From Kondoa subrosea (lineage: Eukaryota), in the NCBI GenBank assembly GCA_039545335.1, contig BCIN01000002.1, positions 2,156,484-2,220,483 of the forward strand: a DNA stretch of 64,000 nucleotides, written 5' to 3'. The notes beneath the pieces were generated by a model. The model saw only the letters and a list, made by a program, of their open reading frames with translations, made no database searches and was not told the DNA's origin. Position numbers and translations under genes: made by a program. Each line of letters opens with the position of its first letter. The first letter of the stretch is position 1. This document shows positions 56,403 to 64,000 of the stretch, one piece after another.

Positions 56403-59400
56403 ATGAGGTATTGCGATCAATCCTATATCTAGAGACTGATAGCTCATTCCACTGCACAGCGAAAATCTTCCGCCCAAACGCGCGAATTGGCTCGGTCGCC
56501 TATCTGATGGCAAGACTCTCCTAGCTAGCTTGGCTTTGGTTTTCTTCTTGCATGCAGCTGGACTCTATGTATTCGTTCAAGGTTTCCTTCTCACTCGTGT
56601 AGCTTTGGAGAATCACGCTCCTGTGTGCTCGGATGACACTTGTCTGCCCGCTCGACATTCTCGAGCTGTCGTTCTCATTGTCGATGCTCTGCGTTACGAC
56701 TTCATGTTCCCTCATACTGAAGTACCTGAACCCAACTACTATCGCAACATTTTGACCTACCCTACCGAAATGTCAAAGCAAGAACCAAACAATTCTCTCA
56801 TGTTCAAGTTTATTGCAGACCCGCCAACGACTACTCTACAACGTATCAAAGCGCTCACAGTTGGCACGTTACCTACGTTTGTCGATGCAGGCAGCAATTT
56901 CGCTGGAAGCAGTATTTTGGAAGATACTTGGCTCTATCAAGCTAAACAAGCTGGCAAACAAATTGCTTTCATGGGAGACGATACTTGGCTTTCTGTATTC
57001 CCTTTGCCCGATCCATTAGCTGATCAAACTCAATCTATCTTGAACACTTCTATGGCTTGGCCTTATGATTCTTTCAATGTTGAGGATCTTGATACCGTCG
57101 ATAATGGTGTCATTGAACATCTGTATCCGCTATTGGAGGAACAGGAACAGGAATGGGATATTCTGATTGGTCATTTCCTTGGTTTGGATCATGTTGGGCA
57201 TCGACTGGGACCAAATCATGTTGAAATGACCAGGAAATTGACGGAAGCGGACACTATGCTGAGAAAGGTTGTCCATTCGTTGAGAGAAGATGATTTACTG
57301 ATCTTGATGGGTGATCATGGTATGGATGAGAAGGGCAACCATGGAGGAGATACCATGGAGGAATCGACGGCTTCTCTTTGGATGTACAGCAAACAAGGAT
57401 TTGGAACCTTACAAGTAGATCAGCTCACTTCTCCGCAAGACGAAGAAGGTCGGAAAGTCGTGCAGCAAATTTCCCTAGTACCGACTCTGTCACTTCTTCT
57501 CGGTCTTCCTATTCCTTTCAGTAATCTTGGCAGTGTTATTCCAGAACTCTTTCCTACTCAACTCGAAACCGCAGCTCAAATCAATGCACAACAACTGATG
57601 AAATTTCTTCAAACTTACACACATTCCGATACAAGCGGTGGTGAAGATTTGCGGCCGCACTTTGATCTCTTGCAATCCATATACAAGACGGCACTCATCG
57701 CTCCTTCGCTTTCAAACTACTTCGACTTTATGGCTGCAACACTTCATGTCAGCAGATCAGTTTGGGCAGTATTCAATATTCCGCTCATGGTTTTGGGTCT
57801 TTCTATCCTGGTTCTCACTCTACCGGTCCTCTTTGTCATGTATGCTACTACAAGTGAAGAAAAATGTTTCTCCCAAAATGCGGAGTTGCGTTCTAGGCTT
57901 CGAACGTCAATCATTGGGTTATTAATTGGATCGATATCGGGAAGCATTGTTTGCGCAACTCTCAAGCTACCTTTCTACCAAGCCTCGATTGGAGCAGCTC
58001 TTGGAGCGGAAGCTGGATTATTGATGTTTGGCTCAGAAAGCAAGAACAGATCACTTCGCCGCCGACTTGTAGTCAGGATCAATAGGAACTGGCAGTTTTC
58101 GAGCATGTTGGCTGCAGCCCTACCACTGCTACATGGTCTATCTTTCGCATCCAATTCTTTCATACTATGGGAAGACAAGATGGTTCTCTTTCTTTTTCAA
58201 GTTCCGGTTGTTTTCTTGCTCTTCCAATCTCTCCTTGCGCCACAAGCAAGGCTGAGGAAGAGGATAGCAGCTTTTGCATTCATTGCTCTGATTGGAGTGC
58301 GAATAATCAGCGTCTCTACCATTTGCAGAGAAGAACAGCAACCTTATTGCAACGCCAACTTCAACCTTCCATCCGGTCCGTTGACCCCTTTCGGCATCGC
58401 TATCTTTCTTGCGAGTTTAGCTTCAGCAATCTACTTACCTCGAATAGCTACTGCATTCCTAGACTTCTCACAATCCAATCAAGGCATAGCACCTTATTAT
58501 ATCTCACTTGGGTTCAGAAGTTGTCTGTGGCTAGGTGCTTCTTATTGGATGATAGAATGGGCTACTGGAGCTGTTCAAGCAAATCCAGTTCTCCTGGACT
58601 TACTGATGACAAGCAAGAACTTATTGGCAAGAGCTTTGCTCATCATTCTTATCATGGGCATTGGTTTCGTCTGGAATTACTCACCTCTCAACATCGTTAT
58701 CAAGCAAACTCGTTCTGCTGATCCAGCACTCAAGGCGAAGGTAGAAATTATCGGTTTTGCAAATTCATTGGGATCATCTTATCTTCTACTCTTCTCCGGC
58801 ATCTTCGCATTCTTCTTTCCGCTCAATCAGCCCGTTGGTCAAATTGCTCTAGCAGTCACTTTTGTCGTTATGCTCTGTCTGTTGGAAAGTTTCGATAGCA
58901 GGAAGGACAGCGAAATCATTCAGCACACCTTCTTACTGGCAAGCAAGATTACACCAACAGACGCGGTTCAGACATCAGCTCTAAATGTTTCTCTACCTCC
59001 GACAAAGTTCATCGAAATTGGTACCCTGGCTCTGCTTGGTTTTGTCGGCTTCTTCGCAACCGGTCATCAAGCTGTTTTATCGTCAATCCAATGGAAGATC
59101 GCTTTCGTCGGCCTGAGAACCATCATTCATCCTATTTCACCTTTACTCGTCATCTTCAACACTGTCGGTCCTTTCCTGCTCAGCGCAGCAGCAGTTCCAC
59201 TTTTCGTTTTCTGGAACATTTCACCTTCTTTCGCTTCAAGTCAAAACAAGACCGCACCAATGATGCGATATCTTTTACGCGCTTGCTTAGGGTTCATGAT
59301 TTACCATACTTTGATCACTTTGCCAAGTGCGGTAGTGGCTGCGATTCTAAGAAGACATCTTATGGTTTGGAAAGTGTTTGCGCCGAGGTTCATGTTGGGT

Positions 59401-59505
59401 GGATTGACTTTGTTGAGTGTGGATGTAGGGTTAATATTGAGCGTTGTTGGAGCTTTGCAAGTGTTGAAGAAAGCGGAAAAGACGTTTGGTTCGAAATGGA
59501 CTTGA
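56403..59505 (+). CDS. GPI13: GPI ethanolamine-phosphate transferase 3 (PIG-O)
   Basis: LIVDALRYDF, ADPPTTTLQRIKALTVGTLPTFVDAGSNF, HFLGLDHVGH, GDHGMDEKGNHGG, FFATGHQ and LRRHLMVWKVFAPRF. First coding exon ATGAG at 56403, then one intron. Confidence 0.96.
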
Positions 59506-59914
59506 TTTCGTGCGATGCATTGACGAGGTGCGCAGTGCTTCCAGACATGCAAACAAGACTGACTGTTTTTTCATTTCTTGTAACAGAAATCCAGGTTTCG
59601 GCGAACAGTCTGAACAGTTCTGTAATGATGCAAAGTATTGTTCGGAATGTGTTGCAAGTGCCCGTCTGATGTCTGGTGCATTCTCTTCCGCGTCTACTTG
59701 GCTTCATTTGTTCCGTGTCAAGCAATATGGGCTTCTAGCGAATTAATGGTCATCAGCTCATCGAATCTTTGTCGTCTGTAGATTGTTGTGCACAAGTATT
59801 GGTACAAAACAGGCCATCGCATTTTACAGTAATGTATCAGATATCCATCATACAGAGTGTTACAAACATTTAGTTATATACAAGATCTTTGGCGACTTAT
59901 CACGAGCCAAATCT

Positions 59915-61161
59915 TCAGTATTCCATATTATCCTCAATCAGGTGGCCAGAGTCCACAAAGACTTTGGCGCGCAACAAAGGTACTGTGATACCATTGTAGA
60001 AGGTCTTCCGCGCTTCTGGAGAATTGCCAAGTCCATCGTAGGTGAGCTGACACTTGCGCCCTGCCCCTTCCAGATGCTGTATGAGCTTGCCTATGACAGC
60101 TGCTTGCCGCTTTTCGAGTGCAGCTGACGCCTTTCGTCCAAGATATCCGACAATGAACTTGACTGTTGAAGAAATTACTCCAAGGATTGCTGAACCGATT
60201 TTGATTGCTGCAAAAGCTTGCAAGCCAATACCAGGCAATGCAATGTTCATCAAGCAAGCCAAGTAATTGACTACCTCGCCTGTAATGCTGATAAGTGTGG
60301 CAACCGTTCCTGAATGGCGAGCGACGTCCAAAATATGCTTGCCAGACGCAATAGCCTTGTGTCGTTTAGTCTTGTCAATGATAAGATCCAGAAGATCGAA
60401 TTTGGCATAAACTGAATCTGGATCAGAAACGACTTGATTGTCCATGCGTATGATGCTCATTCCTTGTTCTTCGAAAGAGCAATTGAGCAGATGGCCGACG
60501 AAGATGCGATAGATTATTTGACGAGCGAGATACCAGCAGTTGCCAGATAAGACTTTGTAGGAACCGGTCGCGGACGCGTCTTGGAAGATTTTCCAGACGC
60601 TGCTGACCGGGAGTAGACCTCGAGCGAATCGCAATTCAGCCATACATCTGTGAGTGCATATCAGCTAAGTTGCTCAGCAGCAGCAGCAGCAGCATCATAT
60701 ACATACATGTTGTAATACGCATTGTTCCATGTATCGCTTTCGGCGCGTCCTACCCAGGTGTCCTTTTGTCGCTGTCGGTCGATCCGGATAAAATAAGTGC
60801 TTGTTCCGTGTTGCACTTCAAGCAGAAGAAATTGATGAGTATAACCGCCAATCCAGCGTAAGGGACTTGAGTATTCTGCCATCCATCTGACATTCGTCAC
60901 GTATGCTTCGCCTTCGTCAGAGCCAAAACCGAAGACTTCGGCTTTGTGCTTTGCCATCCGATGTTGTACACTGTTGGTTCGTTCCTTGTCATGTCTGGCG
61001 AAATACAGCTCCTTCTCCCAGTATTCAGACCACCATATAGTTGCGTCCCGGTTATCCTCTAGCAGTTGCCTTCTGCGGACTAGCTTGAGTAGATCAGCTG
61101 TCGCGGGACCTTCGAATACCCGCTCTACCCCGTCGAAATCAATGTATGGTTTGGCTGTCAT
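59915..61161 (-). CDS. Uncharacterised protein with permuted papain-like (PPPDE/LRAT-type) His..NC motifs and a hydrophobic C-terminal segment
   Basis: Two exons; THQFLLLEV..YFIRIDR and YKVLSGNCWYLAR, followed by a Gly/Ala/Ile-rich stretch. Gene existence is well supported, the fold is inferred. Confidence 0.6.
60675..60692. repeat. (CAG)6 microsatellite inside the intron of the 59915-61161 gene
   Basis: cagcagcagcagcagcag read directly. Confidence 0.9.
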
Positions 61162-62900
61162 GTTGTTATTGAATTGAAGTTGTCGCTTGTGAGCTGAGGA
61201 TCCTCGTAGTGGAACAGGGAAAAGGGAAAGCGGAGGACAGATTGGAGAGCATAAAGGGGCGTAAGGCAAGACAATCAATAAAACGAAAGTCAGCATTAAA
61301 TCGCGTCGGGAATTGGCGGCAAGCCGTTAGCTGTCCCATGGTCTGAGTGACGCCTTTGCTTGGACAGCGCAGGACGGGAGCAAGAGTCAAACAGAAAAGA
61401 GGAGGCACGAGCATGCAGCGGTCCCGCTACACTCGGCCAAAACTGATCACAGCACTCGAGAGGCATTGTCCAGAGCTCCAGTGTGATGAATTGAAGTGTG
61501 AGAGAGTCCGCTCAGGAGGTTGGTTAATAAGTGCTGCTGCGGCTAACTACTCTTCAAAGGCAGACTCGCGATAGAGCCGTCAACGATCAGAGGTCAAGCC
61601 TTGACATCAAGGAAACAGTTAGCAGGTTGCAGCTACTGATATGATTGTAGTCTTCTGGGCTCGAAAGCGACAAAAATTTCATTGGGTCTTCTGTCTTCAT
61701 TGACTTCCATGACTCTTCCGCCAAAGCACCGCCTTGATTCTGCTCTGGTATCTCCTATCTGAGCTGACAAACAAGTACGGTGTGACTGAAGGTGCAACTT
61801 GATCGACGTTTCCAAAAAATCCGTCTTTGCATCACAAGATTTTGATCAGTGTCTTAAAAAGCTCTACGTTGCCTATCTTGTGTCATACGATTCATGCTGA
61901 ACTTTCGCTGCGATCTGGAAAAGCCTAGGTGTCCGTGACCGGCGTCGATATACTACTGTAGTCATCGAACTCAATCGTGCCTGTGGGAATGCCTTTCTTT
62001 GCTCCTCTGTCTGCCGCAATTCCACTTCAATCTACTTCCAGTGTCCCTAGTCTCACCTTTGTGTTTTCTTCTCCTTGTTCTCTGCCATCTTCCTGCTTTT
62101 CTTGTGCTGCTCAATTAGATCGAGGCATTAGGCCTTGTTAGCAGTCCTTCCGTCGTTATTTTACGTCTCTTACACGCTATCCATGGCGCTGAAGCAACAC
62201 AGCTGCGCGCAGACCCTCAAGTAGGCAAGCAATCTCACACTAAAGCATGCTTTTTCATCCACACTCACGTCACCTCGTCCTCTTTGATCCACATCGGGAA
62301 CATCTCATCGTTGCCTGTCCCTTTCCTACTTCTCGTCGTTCCGTGTTCAGGCTTGACATGTCAGGGTCGTAAGCAAGATCGTGTGACATGATCTAGGCAT
62401 TTCGAGCCTGAAGATCGGCCATCTCGCAAGCTACTAAGGACCACAGCTGAAATATGGCTACTTCGAAACCGAACATCACGTGGATCAAGAGATGTGAGAT
62501 CAATATTAAGCATGAACGCGGTTTTCAGCGCGAACGCGCCAACTGTACACTTCGGATTTGCTAGTATACAAAGTAAACCTCATAGCACAACTGTACACTG
62601 CAGCACAAAGCCTTCTGAGCGATTCTTGAAGAGTCGGCAATGTTTACCGTGAACTGTTGTTTTGATTTTGCGTCAGAAATCTCTTCTTCCCCTTCAAAGA
62701 CTTTGCGATACCCTTGCTCGACGGCCGGACACTCGACAGAATAGGTCCTAGCCTGCATACACTTGGTTGCAAGCAAGAAAGTAGCAAAGTGTAGATCGAG
62801 CTATTCAACAAGGTGAAATTGGAATCTCACAGGCTGGCAACAAGACTAGGTGCGCTCTTTCTTGAGCCAGCATACGTATACAGAGCACAGTCTGATCATA

Positions 62901-64000
62901 ATGGCACAGGCACCGCTATCACCTACAAGAAGACAAGCCTACATGGCAAGCCCAACTCGAAGCTCGCCTTTGCGAGAATCCTTTACTTTCACTCAGACCT
63001 CACCTCAGCCACAGCAGTATGGCGGCACTAGTAAGAAAAAAGTACCAGCTTCACCTATTCCTTCAAAATCTTCGATTTTGTCCGATTCGACCAAAGGCTG
63101 GACTTCGCCTCTCAAGATCTCTAAACGAAATTCACCTGTAGTCGAGGACGATGTCTTTTCCTCAGAAGAGAACAATCTCAATAGCACTATTCCGGAACCT
63201 AGAAGAACTTCAAATTCGTTCAAACAGCTCAATAGAGGCTTGGTCTCCAATTCCATCTTCAAACAAGGAGGCAGCAATGCTGCAGGCAGGTCACCGCATC
63301 CGTCTCCTCGAACTTCTCGATTCGTCTCTAGTCCAATGACCGAATCAAGCTCAACGGATTCAATGTCTTCTTTAGCTAGTTCAAACATTTCTTTCAAGAA
63401 CACCGGTTCAGCTCTAGGTCTAGGTCTCAGCAACAATGTTCGTACTTCGCCATCACGGAAAGTCTCAAATGAATCTCGTCAAAACAACAAGACTCAAGAT
63501 CTTAAGTGGGTCGCACCACCTATGCCTTCACCTATTGATCTACCTCAACCCAAATGGAATCATTCAGAAGAAAGGAAAGCTCGTCAATCGGTTGGCGCTC
63601 TGGGAAATCGTTCTTTGGTCTCCGGTAGCGTCTTTACTTCAGACGAACCTGCCTCTCATCAACATCATCGATCTCAACCATCCATTGAATCAGTGGAGAC
63701 CATCACTTCACCTACTCGAACTTCAGCAATGACTCATTCCACCTCTGCTTCGTCCTTGAACAGCTCCACCAATGGCGTTTTGCAACAGTCCAAAAGAATG
63801 AAAGGCCCCCGAACAATGTCTCCTACACCACCTGGCTCTTCTTCCGATTTAGCTTCTATTACAGCTGGTATGGATCAATACGAAGAAGATCATCATGAAA
63901 GAGAATTTGGAGGTGGTGGGGAAGCGATGGCTTTGAGCTTTAGTCAAAGATCAACTAGAAGTTTGAAAACTGTCACGTTCGCTTCCGGTGATGAAGTTAG
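62901..64000 (+). CDS. 3'-truncated Ser/Pro-rich protein N-terminus with many SP/TP sites (possibly Bud4/anillin-like)
   Basis: Frame from ATG 62901 (MAQAPLSPTRR..WTSPLKISKRNSP..RRTSNSFKQLNRGLVSNSIFK) appears to run off the window. Family identity is a weak guess because no folded domain is visible. Confidence 0.6.
   Translation, partial: MAQAPLSPTRRQAYMASPTRSSPLRESFTFTQTSPQPQQYGGTSKKKVPASPIPSKSSILSDSTKGWTSPLKISKRNSPVVEDDVFSSEENNLNSTIPEPRRTSNSFKQLNRGLVSNSIFKQGGSNAAGRSPHPSPRTSRFVSSPMTESSSTDSMSSLASSNISFKNTGSALGLGLSNNVRTSPSRKVSNESRQNNKTQDLKWVAPPMPSPIDLPQPKWNHSEERKARQSVGALGNRSLVSGSVFTSDEPASHQHHRSQPSIESVETITSPTRTSAMTHSTSASSLNSSTNGVLQQSKRMKGPRTMSPTPPGSSSDLASITAGMDQYEEDHHEREFGGGGEAMALSFSQRSTRSLKTVTFASGDEV

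Noticed and set aside
58167..59669. Alternate-frame ORFs (184 aa, 192 aa) within GPI13
   Set aside because: No recognisable features; typical shadow ORFs of a long exon.
61300..62900. Longest gene-free interval, with short ORFs (61347-61574, 61633-61815, 62561-62776)
   Set aside because: No coherent spliced model, motif, terminal repeat or RNA structure could be supported; probably divergent promoter/UTR sequence.

Overview
This is a gene-dense, intron-rich fungal genomic segment. The short GT-AG introns, many micro-exons and gene content point to a basidiomycete; Pucciniomycotina is only a guess. About 32 protein-coding genes are present. Most are housekeeping: SNF4, TRS31, HIS5, a YCF1-like ABC transporter, CIA1, RVS161, an AIM18/46-like gene, PDX1, an SLC26 transporter, UGO1, a PIN4-like gene, RRP15 and GPI13. 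Metabolic or secreted enzymes include a nitronate monooxygenase, an alpha/beta hydrolase, an intradiol dioxygenase, a 5'-nucleotidase and a GH16. The most notable accessory genes are: a Upf1-like helicase fused to an apparently dead DEDDy exonuclease domain, with its P-loop on a 15-nt micro-exon; a Fic-domain AMPylase with intact catalytic and auto-inhibitory motifs; a permuted papain-like (PPPDE/LRAT-type) His/Cys protein with a hydrophobic tail; two diverged MYND-finger paralogs; a DM9-repeat protein; and a DUF5872-like protein. I recognised no rRNA, tRNA, CRISPR array or transposon. Gene models were spliced by eye, so boundaries are approximate.
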